DNA of 64,000 nucleotides from Anaerolineales bacterium. GTDB lineage: Bacteria > Chloroflexota > Anaerolineae > Anaerolineales > JABWBV01. The stretch covers positions 3,547 through 67,546 of the forward strand of contig DATKDL010000146.1 of NCBI GenBank assembly GCA_035512695.1, written 5' to 3'. Below the pieces are notes generated by a model. It saw only the letters and a program-made list of their open reading frames with translations, was not told the DNA's origin and searched no databases. Within the stretch, counting starts at the first letter, position 1. Every line of letters begins with the position of its first letter. The position numbers and the translations under genes are program-made. Positions 25,935-36,700 of the stretch are shown here, one piece after another.

Positions 25935-27082
25935 GCACCGGATCCTTCAAGACGGGATTGCGCGGCATTGATTTCCGCCATAACGGCCGGGTCCATCTCA
26001 TTGCGCGCCGCCGTCTTCAGCGCGGCCGCTGCCGGCGGCCCCCCGATCCGGCCGAGCGCCCAGGCGGCGTGGCCGCGCACAAGCGGTTCGGGGTCTTCGA
26101 GGAGGGCTTTGCCCAGCGCAGGGACGGCGTCCGGGGACCGGGTATTCCCGAGCGCAATGGCGACGCTGCGGAGATAGCCGCGGCGTTTCGCCCGCTTGAC
26201 CGGGCGGCCCTTGAACTTGCGGTTGAACGCCCCCGCGTCCAGCGCCAGCGCATCGATCAGCGCCGGCTGACCGAAGCTGGGATCGGACTCGAGACCCGGT
26301 TCCCCCCGTTCGGGGGCGAACCGGATGTTCCACGGGCAGACCTGCTGGCAGATATCACAGCCGAAGACCCACTCGCCGATTTGGGCGCGCAGGGGCTCGG
26401 GAACCGGTCCTTTCAGTTCGATCGTCAGGTAGGAGATACAGCGCGCGGCATCGAGCGTCCGGTCCGGGAGGATGCAGTCCGTCGGGCAGGCGTCGATGCA
26501 GCGCGTGCAGGTTCCACAATGATCGGTCCGGAATGCCGGGTCCGGAACCAGCTTGCAGCCGAGCAGGATTTCGGCCAGAAAGAAATAGGATCCCTGCCCG
26601 GGGTTGATCAGGCAGGTGTTTTTCCCGATCCATCCGAGACCGGCGCGCTGGGCGAAATCGCGCTCCAGGACCGGCCCGGTATCCGTGTAATAGCGGTTCG
26701 GGACCGGTGCGCCGATTTCGGTTTCGATGAATCCGACCAGCGCCTCAAGCCTGGACCGGATAATTTCATGATAGTCAAGCCCCCAGGCGTACGATGCGAT
26801 CTTCCCGCGCGGCGTTCCGGGTGGCGAGTTCTCGAAAATCGCGGCGTCATACGGGAATGCCAGGACCAGGATACTTTCACAATCCGGAAGGATCCTGCGC
26901 GGGTCGGACCGGCGGGTCCGGGCAGCCTCGGAGGCGAGATAACCCATCTCGCCGTGAAAGCCGCGCGCCAGCCAGTCGAGGTAGAAGCCGAAATGCTCCG
27001 GGGGATCGGGCGTCGTGATCCCGGCGAGAGAAAAACCCAGTCGTTTGGCCTCGCTTTTGATCCGCTCGGATAGGGCCGGCAC
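25904..27082 (-). CDS. queG: tRNA epoxyqueuosine(34) reductase
   Basis: 392 aa. CGTCTRCIDACPT and CDICQQVCPWN clusters, with C-terminal HEAT-like repeats. GTG start lies 1 nt after the upstream stop. Confidence 0.88.
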   Translation of the reverse strand: MPALSERIKSEAKRLGFSLAGITTPDPPEHFGFYLDWLARGFHGEMGYLASEAARTRRSDPRRILPDCESILVLAFPYDAAIFENSPPGTPRGKIASYAWGLDYHEIIRSRLEALVGFIETEIGAPVPNRYYTDTGPVLERDFAQRAGLGWIGKNTCLINPGQGSYFFLAEILLGCKLVPDPAFRTDHCGTCTRCIDACPTDCILPDRTLDAARCISYLTIELKGPVPEPLRAQIGEWVFGCDICQQVCPWNIRFAPERGEPGLESDPSFGQPALIDALALDAGAFNRKFKGRPVKRAKRRGYLRSVAIALGNTRSPDAVPALGKALLEDPEPLVRGHAAWALGRIGGPPAAAALKTAARNEMDPAVMAEINAAQSRLEGSGAQDQRSSDQP

Positions 27083-27083
27083 G

Positions 27084-27770
27084 TCAAGGCGCCGGGGTGT
27101 TGGTCGGCGCTGGGGTGTTGGTCGGCGTGTTGGTTGGGACCGCGGTGGGTTCGATCACGACGATCGAGACCAGGACCGCCTGGTTTGCCAATTCACCGAT
27201 CCCGAAGATCAGGCCGTCCGCGTTGGCGAGCATCCAGTATCCCTCGTAAGTTCCTCCGGTGAGCGGGGCGATCATCGTGATGCTGATATCGACGCTGCCT
27301 CCTGGGGGCACTTCCTCTTCCAGTAAGATCGGAAAACCATCCATCAGTTCGCCGGCGACAAACACGAACGAATAATCGGTGGTCCAGGTATTCAAGCCGA
27401 TATTCTGGATCCGCCAGGTTTTGGTGAACGGCTCGCCTCCGATGATCTCAGATCCGTCCGGGATGGTGATATCGGCGACAAACAGGGCCTGGTCGTCGAG
27501 GGCCAGGGCTGAGATCGTCGGCGAAGGTTCGGCGCTGGCTGTCGGCGTCGGTTCCGGGGTATCCGTAGAGGGTTCCGGTGTCGGGGACGGGTTTTCGACT
27601 GCGATCCGTGTGAGCTCCGCGGAAACGGTCGCTTCGACCGCTTGCGATACGGCTTCCATGTCCATGGTCGGCGCTTCCGCGGGGGGCTCGGTCGATTCAG
27701 GCGTTGAGGACGGCGAACAGGCTGCCAGGACGAAGATCAAAAGGATTGTCAGATAAGCTTTGGTTTTCAT
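27084..27770 (-). CDS. lipoprotein with NBR1-like Ig domain and C-terminal PT-repeat tail
   Basis: SD AGGAGG. Lipobox MKTKAYLTILLIFVLAAC. Domain FTKTWRIQNIGLNTW...GGTYEGYWMLANADG. Tail PTNTPTNTPAPTNTPAP. Confidence 0.75.
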   Translation of the reverse strand: MKTKAYLTILLIFVLAACSPSSTPESTEPPAEAPTMDMEAVSQAVEATVSAELTRIAVENPSPTPEPSTDTPEPTPTASAEPSPTISALALDDQALFVADITIPDGSEIIGGEPFTKTWRIQNIGLNTWTTDYSFVFVAGELMDGFPILLEEEVPPGGSVDISITMIAPLTGGTYEGYWMLANADGLIFGIGELANQAVLVSIVVIEPTAVPTNTPTNTPAPTNTPAP

Positions 27771-28554
27771 GTATTCCTCCTGAAACGGTCAGGAAATGAC
27801 GAATTCGACGGTCGCACTGCGTATCCCCGACATTTTCAAGCCGGAAAACGGCCGCCGGCTCACCGCCGCAGGCGTGAATGTTCGAGAATGTAAAGCCGGC
27901 ATCAGGCGTTCCACCAACATCGATCACCACCCAGAACGATGCGGTCCCCTGGCTACCCAAACCGAAGATCTGCCCGGCCGGATTGCGGAGTTTCCAGTCG
28001 CCCCGATAGCTGCCCGGCTCATCGGGCGCGGTGAGGTTGATCGAGATATCCACCTCGGCGCCTGGAAGGACCGAGCCCGGGGTCACCGGGAAAGAGGCCG
28101 GCCCCCCCATGGCGTCCCCGGAATCGAAAACGACGTCGTACTCGGCGGTCCAGGTGCACGAGCCGTTGTTCCGGATTCGCCATGTTTTGACGAAGGTTTC
28201 CCCGGGTTCAAAGGTCGTACCGTCCGGGATCGTGACGTCTTCCACGAATGCACCCAGATCGCATGTGGAGCCCGGTTCAACGGTCACGACCGGGCCGCCG
28301 TCCCCGGCCTGGGTTGGGGTGATGACGGGGATCTCGGTGCCCACCTGGCTGGAGAGCGGGGTAACGGTCGGGAAGGCTCCATCCGCCGCCAACGTCAGTT
28401 GAGCATCCAGAGTCTGGGCGGCCTGGGTGAAGTTGTCGCTGCGGTCGAGGTCCGGGGCGCTGCCGGCGCCTAGCGTGCAGCCGGCGGTGATCGTCAGGAA
28501 ACAGACTGCGACCGCGCTCCCGAGCGTGAATTTTCCGAGGTTCATCGGGTGCAT
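27697..28554 (-). CDS. secreted/lipoprotein with NBR1-like Ig domain; 3' end probably affected by a frameshift
   Basis: Lipobox-like LTITAGC. Domain FVKTWRIRNNGSCTW...PGSYRGDWKLRNPAG. The last 74 nt overlap the next gene. An alternative frame ends ...RSATVEFVIS at TGA 27791..27789, just before the next SD. Confidence 0.65.
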   Translation of the reverse strand: MHPMNLGKFTLGSAVAVCFLTITAGCTLGAGSAPDLDRSDNFTQAAQTLDAQLTLAADGAFPTVTPLSSQVGTEIPVITPTQAGDGGPVVTVEPGSTCDLGAFVEDVTIPDGTTFEPGETFVKTWRIRNNGSCTWTAEYDVVFDSGDAMGGPASFPVTPGSVLPGAEVDISINLTAPDEPGSYRGDWKLRNPAGQIFGLGSQGTASFWVVIDVGGTPDAGFTFSNIHACGGEPAAVFRLENVGDTQCDRRIRHFLTVSGGIHENQSLSDNPFDLRPGSLFAVLNA

Positions 28555-28592
28555 TCTATCAGGCTTTCGGAGATGGCGTTAGTCCCCGTGGG

Positions 28593-29546
28593 TCACCAGC
28601 CTGAGCTGTACCAGACCAGATAATCCCAGGTGTGGCGCTCCCAGTAGGCCGGCTCATGCCGGCCGGTATTCAGATGCCACTGGTGTGGGATATTCAGCTC
28701 GGCGAGCAGGTCGCCGAACCAGGCCGCCTGGTTGAGCAGGTGGTCATCTTCGCCGATATCGATGTAGAACCTTGGGAGCATCTCCGGGGGGATCAGATCC
28801 AGCCAGCCTGGGATCAGGGGCGGATCCGACAGGAACAAAGGCAGGCTGTGCGCCCCGATCGCCGAGAATTCCTGCCAGTGATTCAATCCCAGGTGAACGG
28901 CCCATGAAGCGCCCCTGGATAGGCCGCCGATCGCCCGATGTTCCCGATCCGCGATGGTGCGGTAGTGCAGATCGACCCACGGCAGGATTCGAGACATCAG
29001 CGCTTCTCCGAACGGGTCGCGGATCGGAGCCACGAAGAGGCGGTCTCGGGGCATCAGGATTAAAAATGGGGGCGCCAACCCGGATGCGATCAATTCGTCA
29101 GCGGTTTCGTCGGCGCCAAGGTCGTCCCATTGGGAATCGGTATCGTTGGCGCCGTGGATCAGGATCAGCAGCGGATAGGTGCGTTCCGGATGGCGGTCGT
29201 AGCACGGGGGCGTGTAGACGCGGAAGTCCCAGGGATCCGGGGAGAGATCGGTCGAGAGCGAGTGCCGGGTCACGCGTCCGCCTGCCTGCCAGCAGAGGTC
29301 GGCAGTCGGAACATCGGTGGGGGCGGTGACCGGCGCAAGGGACGGTGGGGTGGTTGCGGTGGGCAGCGGTGTACGGGTCGGTATCCGGGTGGGGGTTTCC
29401 ACCGGGGGACCGGCGGTCGCCGGAAGAGAGGTGGGCGGTGCGACGGGAGCGGGGTAATGGGCAGGTCCGGGCTCAGCCGCCTGGCAACCCGCCAGCAGCA
29501 GACCGGCGATGATCGAGGCGACCGTCAGCGAAAACGTCTTTTCCAT
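28593..29546 (-). CDS. putative esterase (esterase D/enterochelin-esterase-like alpha/beta hydrolase) lipoprotein
   Basis: 317 aa. Lipobox LLLAGC, P/T-rich linker, ILIHGAND, and nucleophile elbow GGLSRGA. Confidence 0.7.
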   Translation of the reverse strand: MEKTFSLTVASIIAGLLLAGCQAAEPGPAHYPAPVAPPTSLPATAGPPVETPTRIPTRTPLPTATTPPSLAPVTAPTDVPTADLCWQAGGRVTRHSLSTDLSPDPWDFRVYTPPCYDRHPERTYPLLILIHGANDTDSQWDDLGADETADELIASGLAPPFLILMPRDRLFVAPIRDPFGEALMSRILPWVDLHYRTIADREHRAIGGLSRGASWAVHLGLNHWQEFSAIGAHSLPLFLSDPPLIPGWLDLIPPEMLPRFYIDIGEDDHLLNQAAWFGDLLAELNIPHQWHLNTGRHEPAYWERHTWDYLVWYSSGW

Positions 29547-30313
29547 TCATCTTTCAACCGCAGGTTGGCGGGCGATTCACCCGATCCGAGCCCGAGAAAA
29601 TCGAGGGCCAGCCTGCTGAAAACCCCGGGCTCGCGCAGCATCGGGTGATGACCGCCTGTCTCGAGCGCGACCTGGTGCAGCAGCGTGGGATCGTCGGGGT
29701 TCGGGTGCGTGAAACTTCCTTCGATCACAGGATCGTTCTCGCAGCGCACCAACAGGCATGCGATCTGCCGGCCGCCGGAGATCTCGGACGGCTCACCGGC
29801 CTCGAGGGCTTCCAGGGAAGCCTTGATCGCCTCCCCCTCCGCTTTTTCGGCCTCACGGCGGTACGGGTCGCTGCCCTGCAAACCGGTGTAGACCCAAAGG
29901 CTCAAATCGGCGGGACCGGCCGTTCTCAACCGAGAATTGATCGTGGCCGGGGCGACCGGTGTGTTCACCAGCATCAGCCGATCGACCGCCTTCGGATGGG
30001 CCAGGGCAAACCGGACCGCCACGACCCCCCCAAGACCGGCCCCGACTAAAGCCACTTTGCGGATTCCGAGCCGGTCGATAAATTCTTCGACGAGCCGGGT
30101 TTGTTCATCCTGACCGTAACGGCCGCGCACCCTGGCCGTGTCCCCGAACCCCCACAGGTCGAGCGCGTAGCAGCGATATCTTGATGAGGCGGGCTGCATG
30201 GTCAGGATCCAATCGCGCCAGGATCCGACCCAGCTGTGTAGAAAGATGACCGGACGGCCGCGGCCGAGGACCTCGTAGTGGACGATCTCGTTCCGCACGA
30301 TCAATGCGCTCAT
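29525..30313 (-). CDS. alpha/beta-hydrolase-fold protein lacking the nucleophile serine (pseudo-hydrolase candidate)
   Basis: 262 aa. Paralog of 39309..40124 (shared I-HYEV-GRG-PVI-LH-W-GSW, YALD-WGFG). The nucleophile elbow reads VGAGLGG where the paralog has VGHSMGG. Confidence 0.7.
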   Translation of the reverse strand: MSALIVRNEIVHYEVLGRGRPVIFLHSWVGSWRDWILTMQPASSRYRCYALDLWGFGDTARVRGRYGQDEQTRLVEEFIDRLGIRKVALVGAGLGGVVAVRFALAHPKAVDRLMLVNTPVAPATINSRLRTAGPADLSLWVYTGLQGSDPYRREAEKAEGEAIKASLEALEAGEPSEISGGRQIACLLVRCENDPVIEGSFTHPNPDDPTLLHQVALETGGHHPMLREPGVFSRLALDFLGLGSGESPANLRLKDEWKRRFR

Positions 30314-30331
30314 CGATTCGGACGCAGCGGC

Positions 30332-30703
30332 TCAGCCGGCCTCACCCAGGATCGACCGGATCTTCTCGGCCAACTGTTCCGGGGCGAATGGTTTCAGGAT
30401 GTACTCGGACGCGCCGGCCTCAAGCCCGGTTCGAATTTCCGCTTCCTGTCCCTTCGCCGAAAGAAATACAACGGGGATGTGGGCCAGCTCCGGGTCGGCC
30501 TTGATAATCTCACAGGCCTCGTAGCCGGTCATTTTCGGCATTCGGACATCCAACAGAACCAGGTCGGGCTTTTCCCGGTAGGCGGCCTCCACGGCCTCCG
30601 CTCCGTCGGCAGTTGCAACGACCTCATAACCGGCGTAGCGCAGCGTGAAGGCGATCAGGTCGCGGATATCGCGCTCATCCTCAGCGATCAGTATTTTAGC
30701 CAT
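30332..30703 (-). CDS. single-domain response regulator (REC only)
   Basis: ORF 30332..30802 trimmed to ATG 30703 (MAKILIAEDERD...). Motifs LVLLDVRMPKMTG, FLSAKG, YILKPF. Confidence 0.85.
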   Translation of the reverse strand: MAKILIAEDERDIRDLIAFTLRYAGYEVVATADGAEAVEAAYREKPDLVLLDVRMPKMTGYEACEIIKADPELAHIPVVFLSAKGQEAEIRTGLEAGASEYILKPFAPEQLAEKIRSILGEAG

Positions 30704-30746
30704 AGGCGTTGCAGCAGGTCCTTCAATTCCCGCTCGGCTCCTCCTT

Positions 30747-33700
30747 CTAGGATTTCGGTACGGTGAAATAGAACGTGCTCCCTTCGCCCGGGACCCCGGC
30801 ACTTTCGATCCGGATCGTCCCGCCGTGGAGTTCGACCAGGTAGCGGACGATGGACAGGCCCAGGCCGGTCCCGGCGGTGGATGTCACCAGTGGGGCATCC
30901 CCCCGATAGAACCGGTCGAAAATCTGGGGCTGGTCTTTCGGGGCCACGCCGACGCCGGTGTCGCGGACAACGACTTCGATAAATTCGACGGAGGGGCGGA
31001 ACAGGATCTCGATCTCGCCGTCCGCTTCGGTGTAGTTATAGGCGTTCCCGACCAGGTTGTCGAGGATCTGCCGCAGCCGGGCCGGGTCGGCGTGAGCCGC
31101 GGGCGGCGTCCAATCCGATGAGACCCAGATCCGCATCGGTTTTTTCTCTTCCTGCGACCGCAGCCGGTAGTCGGTGACCACTTCTCCTGCCAGTTCGACA
31201 AGGTCGACAGACCCTCGTTCAAGGAAGACCTTGCCGGCCTCGATGCGGGAGACTTCGAGTAGATCGCTGACCAGGATGTTGAGCCGCTCCGTATTTTCCT
31301 GCACGACCCGAAGAAATTCGTGTTGCTGCGGGTTAACGATGCCGGCCGCGCCCATCAGCAGGATGTCGACATAGCCTTTGATCGAGGTCAATGGGGTCCT
31401 CAGCTCATGCGAAACGGTGGCGACAAATTCCGATTTCATCCTGTCGACTTCGATCAAGTGGGTGATGTCGCGGAAGATCGAGACGGTGCCGAGGAATTCG
31501 TGCGGTAGGGCGACCGGTGCCAGGTTAACGGCGGCGACGCGGACCTCATCCAGGGCGATTTCCTCCGAAAACGAATCGCCGGTTTCGATCGAATTCGGAT
31601 TGGCGGACCAGGCCTGGATCGTATCTAACCACGACCGGCAGGGCGGACCGAGCAGTTCGGAGAAATCATCCAACGACCGCCCAACGACTGCCTTGCTCGC
31701 CAGGTCCAGGATCTGCTCTGCGGCGTGGTTGAACACGGTGACCTGGCCGCGCGAATCGGTGACGATGACACCGTCGACGACCGATTCGAGAATGGCAAGC
31801 AGCCGGCTGGATTCGATCTGCTGGGACCGCAGCATTCCGCCGAGTCTTTCCGCCTGGTCGCGGATCAGCAAGTATAGATGCGCGTTATTAACCGCTACCG
31901 CGACCTGCTTGGATGCAGCCTGGATCAGCTCCAGGTGGTGCTGGGTGAATACCCCGCTTTCCCGGTGGAAGAGCATCAGGGCGCCGAGCGCTTCGGCGCC
32001 CAGCATCAGCGGGATCGCGATGACGCTGCGGTGCTGTGCTTCCCACAGCGGATCCGCCCGCGCATCGTCGATCAAAGCCGGCTCTCGGGTGCGGATAACC
32101 CGGTCCGCCAGGCGCCGGTCGAAATCGTGCGGGAGGGTCTCACCGGTTTCCGGGAGCGTCGCGTCGTGGCCGTACGAAGCCCTACGAACGAGCGATTCAT
32201 CGGCAGGGTTGGCGATGATGAGGGTGCTCTGTTCTGCACCGGTGATGCGGTTGATCAGTGCCAGCGTGCGGTTCAAGACGATGTCCATATCCAGGCTGGC
32301 GGAAAGCTCGGTAATGATCCCGAGCAGGGTCTCGGTTCGCTCGTGTTCGATGGCCAGCTCGTGTGTGCGAGCCTCGACCCGGCGCTCGAGGTCTTCAGCC
32401 AGCTTACGCGACCGATCGAAAAGTTGGGCATTTTGGACGGCGACGGCGACCTGGTTGGCGATCGTCCGAGCCAGGTCAATCTCGCTCGAGCCGAGCCGCT
32501 GGTCGGTATGCAAGATCAACAACCCATGCAGATCATCCCCGGTCACCAGGGAAAGGGCGAGCGCAGCCCCCTGGCCGGACGGCTCCCAGACCTCGGGCAG
32601 CGATGCCAGGCCCGGGTTCGAAGAGAGGTCCTCGACGATCAACACGCCAAGCGATTCTCGCAGCTGCCGGAACGGGAGGTCGTCGAAAGGTTTGGGATAT
32701 GCGCCGTCGCGCGCGGGAGACTGTGCCGCCAGCCAGGCTTGCCCGGCCGGGTCGATCAAGACGGCGCTGACGATCCGGCAGGCGAAGGTCTCACGGATCT
32801 GCCTGGTTGTGAACCGGAGAATGTGCGCGGTATCCAATGAGGAACTGAACTCGCTGGACAACCGGTTGAGCAGATCGAGACGCTGGCTGCGTTCGTCCAG
32901 TTCGGCGGTCCGCTGCTGGCTGTCCTCGAATAGCCGGGCGTTCTCGAGTGCGACCGCGGCCTGGCCGGCGAACGTCGTCGCGATCTGGATATGCTCCGAA
33001 TCGTAAAAGTTCGCCTCGGTTTTTTCCAGTGCAATCACCCCGACCACATCACCCTTGGCGATGAGCGGAATGCCAAGCCACGATAGCCGCTCGAATTCAG
33101 GCAGCGCGGGGAAGCGCGGGTCTGAACGGATATCCGGGACGTGCAGCGCCCGGCCTTGGGCGACCATGTCGCTCAACAGCCGGCTGTCCTCCACCGGAAC
33201 CGAAAGACCGACTCGCTCCTCGTCGTCCTCAAAGCCTTGCGCGGCCCGGACCGTAAGCTGGTCCTCTTTCAAGAACCAGAAAGTACCGGTGTCGAAGGGA
33301 ATGACCTCGGAGAGATGGTCGAGCAGGGAAGCCGAGATACGGTAGACCTGGAGATCGGAGGTGATGGTGGTGGCGACATCGGTCAGCGCGGCGAGTTGGA
33401 CCGCCCGGCGGTTCGCCTCGACGAGCAGCTGTGCATTTTCCAGGATCAGACCGGTTTGCCGGGCGAGTGAACCAACCAGGGCCTCGTCTTCTGCTGTGAA
33501 GGCCTCAGGTTCTGTGAAACTGTCCAGGATCAAGACACCGATGGTCGCCGAACTGGATGGGATCGGCGCGGCAAGACTGGCGATCGGGACCCGGCCCTGG
33601 GTGGCCTCCTGGTATTTCATCAGCTCGTCATAAGGGAGCTTGTAATCGACAGCGATATTGACCTCGCCCACGCGCCGGATCCGGCCATCCGAGAATACCT

Positions 33701-36700
33701 TGCCGGGCAGCGTTTCCCCAGCCGCAAAACGGACTGCCCGCATGGCTTCGTCGTCCCGGTATCCGGAAACAAATGCCGGGACCAGGCAGCTCCGATTTTC
33801 GTCCCACAGCGCCACCAGAACAGCCTGGGTGGTCCTGGCGACCTGCCGCGCGTTCTCCGCCAGCGCGCGGATAATTTCGCCGGTGTCCAGGCTGCCAAGC
33901 CGCCGGCTGAAATCGAGCAGCACGTCGACCTCGCGGAGACGCTCTTCCGTGCGATTGAGGAGTTCCAGGTTCCGCAGCGTTGACGCGATCTGGCGGCCGA
34001 GCAGTCCGAACACCGCCAGGTCGTTCTCCGTGAACTCGGGCTGCGGCTCGGAAAAGATACCCATGAACGCCGCCCGGATCGCCTCACCGGATTCACCGAC
34101 CGGGATGCAGATAAAAGATCCGGCGTTCAGCTGCTCCAACAACGGCGAGGTGCGCCAGGTTTCCACTCCCCCGGCATCCAGGTCCGCCGCCAGGAAAATT
34201 TCTCCTGTGCGGAGGGTCTGGCGCAGCGGGTTGCGCTGACCGAGCAGAACTGCGGGGTTGATGTGAAGGGGGATCTTTCCGGCGGACGACACGAGAACGG
34301 CGCCTTGTTCGGTCGGAATGGCGACGAATCCCAGTTCAAACCCCATTCCGGAAACCAGCTTCGAGCCGATCTGTTCGTAGACGGCTTCAACCGATGTCTG
34401 CTGATTGATCGTGTGGATGAGTTCCAGGGCTGCCCGAACACGCCCGGCGCGGACCTCCATGTCCTTCAGATCGGCGCGCTGGGTTGGTACGCTCTGGTCA
34501 GCCGTTTCAGCTTCCCGGCGCCTGATCCCGGCGATTGCGCTGCCGGCTTGGATCCCCAGCGACCGGCAGCGTTCGATCGCTGCCGGATCAAACCGGTCCG
34601 CGGTTCTTGCATGCAGGTGGATGAGCCCGACCGGCGCTGATTCGAACTCGATCGGCACCAACAGGGCTGAACGGACTTCCGGATGGGGAGGCGCGCCACC
34701 GGCGTCGAAATCGGCCAGGATGTGCGGCTCCCCGCCGGCGATCAGGCTTTGTTCGAGCTTAGAAAGCGTTCCTCCGGATGCCGGATCGTCTCCGGTGAAA
34801 AGGTCGACCTGTAAAATATCCGCCTTCGGATCGAACAGGATAACGGTCCCGCAATCGGCGTGAGCGGCCGTCAGGGCTTCAAGGTAGATACGGTCGAGGG
34901 CGGCGGCCAGGTCATCCGCCGTGTTCAGCTCCCTGCTGATCCGCGTCAGCGTCGTCAGGTCGTCGACGCGCCGCCGGAGCGCCTCGCCGGTGCGATCCTG
35001 GTCGAGGGTCCGTTCGATCGCACCGGCAATCTGACCCGCGGCGGTTGCGGCGATTTCGATTTCGGCGGGCTCAAACAGATTCTCGCCGCCGGTTGCGAAC
35101 AACAGCTCCCCAACCGACCGATCGCGAATGATCAACGGCACGGAAATGACCGATCCGGCCTCGAGCCGCCCGACAACAAGCTTGTACACCATTTCGGTTT
35201 CGAGTTCCGGGGAGTTTCGCCGGAAGATCCGGGCCCGTTGGGATGCGGTGGCGGTGCGGGCGAAAACCGGGTCATCGGTTTTGATTTCCAAGAGACCGGC
35301 GAAGTCTGCTGAGGATGCACCGAACACCGATGGGAGATGGAAAAAGAGCGCGGACTGGTCTTCGTTGAGCAAGAATACGGCGGCCTTCTCCGCGCCGACC
35401 AGCCGGGCGATTTCAGTCAGCGAGTATGTCAGGATCTCATCCAGGGTCGCCACCGAACTGGCCAGCGCGGCAATCCGCCGCAGCGCTTCCGCCTGGCGCG
35501 TCCGCCGGCGGGATTCTTCGAGCAAGCGGGCGTTATCGATGATCGCTGCGCTCTGTCCTGCGACGATGGATAGAAGCCGCAGTTCTTCGGCGCTGTGAGC
35601 CGACCGGTCTGATTTGTTCGCCGCCTGCAGATATCCAAGCGACCGGCCACCGGCAGTTAAAGGGACCAGGACCGAATCCTGCAAGCCGGCTGCCTGGGCG
35701 AGGTGAGCCAGGTCGAGGGCGATCAACTGCGGGTCTTCGGCTGCGTTTTGCGAAAGTACCGGCTGGCCGGAGGCGAATATCGTTTCCGCATCGCTTCCGG
35801 GCTCCAGCGAGGTTGCGTAAAGCCGGGCGAAATCGTCCGGAATGCCGGTGAACGGGAGGGCTGCCTGGAGACGCCGGGAGTTCTCATCGTATATGAGGAA
35901 ACCGAGCACCTCGACATCGAAGAGCGGCAAAATTCCGGCCACCAGTTGGGCGAACAATTCGCCGGTGTCGCGCAGGTTGCCGGCCACCTGCGCCAGGTTC
36001 GCAAGACCGGTCAGTTCCGCGACCCGACGATTCTCATCCTCGCGCGTCAGGGCATGCTGCAGCGCAACGGAAGCCTGGTTGGCAAGCAACTGGAGCGTTT
36101 CGAGGTCCCGATCGGTGTAGACCCGGCCGGTGAGGGAGGCCAGTTCGATGGTACCGATCGGGTCGTCCCCGATCAAGAGGGGTACCCCGAGGTACGACCG
36201 AAAAGGGAATGGCTTTTCGAGGCCTGGGCCGTTGCCGGGTTCCGGCCCATTCGGGTTCAAAAGGATGGCGCTGCGCCCCCGCAGGAGACGGCCGCTCGGG
36301 CCGTCGTCAACCGGATATCGATCGGGCGGGGTCTCGATCCGCCGGCCGATCTCCGGAGGCCCGATCAGCCGGAACGGGATCAGCACGTTCTCGCTGCGGT
36401 TCCAGATCGTGATCTCGGCGATATCCGCCGGAACGACTTGTTCGATGCTTTCCAGGATTGCGGTGACCGTTTTGGTCAGGTCAGGACTGGACGTCATGGC
36501 GAGACTCAACTCGGACAGCACGCGCAGGGCCGGGTGCTCCCCTGATCCGGCGTCCACCAAACCGGTGAGATCTGGCCTGGCCAACGCGACAGCGGTGACG
36601 GTCTGGCCAGGATAAGGGATCCGGAACGAAGCTGCATCCACCAGCAGCCCATTGAGAGAGAGGCGTTTTTGTCCTGGGGTCGAGCAGAGATCGAGCAATG

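Noticed and set aside
27084-27140. Short tandem DNA repeat (GGGGTGTTGGTCGGCG x2-3)
   Set aside because: It simply encodes the PTNTP(A)PTNTP C-terminal linker of the lipoprotein. There is no evidence of a regulatory or variable-number role from this single sequence.
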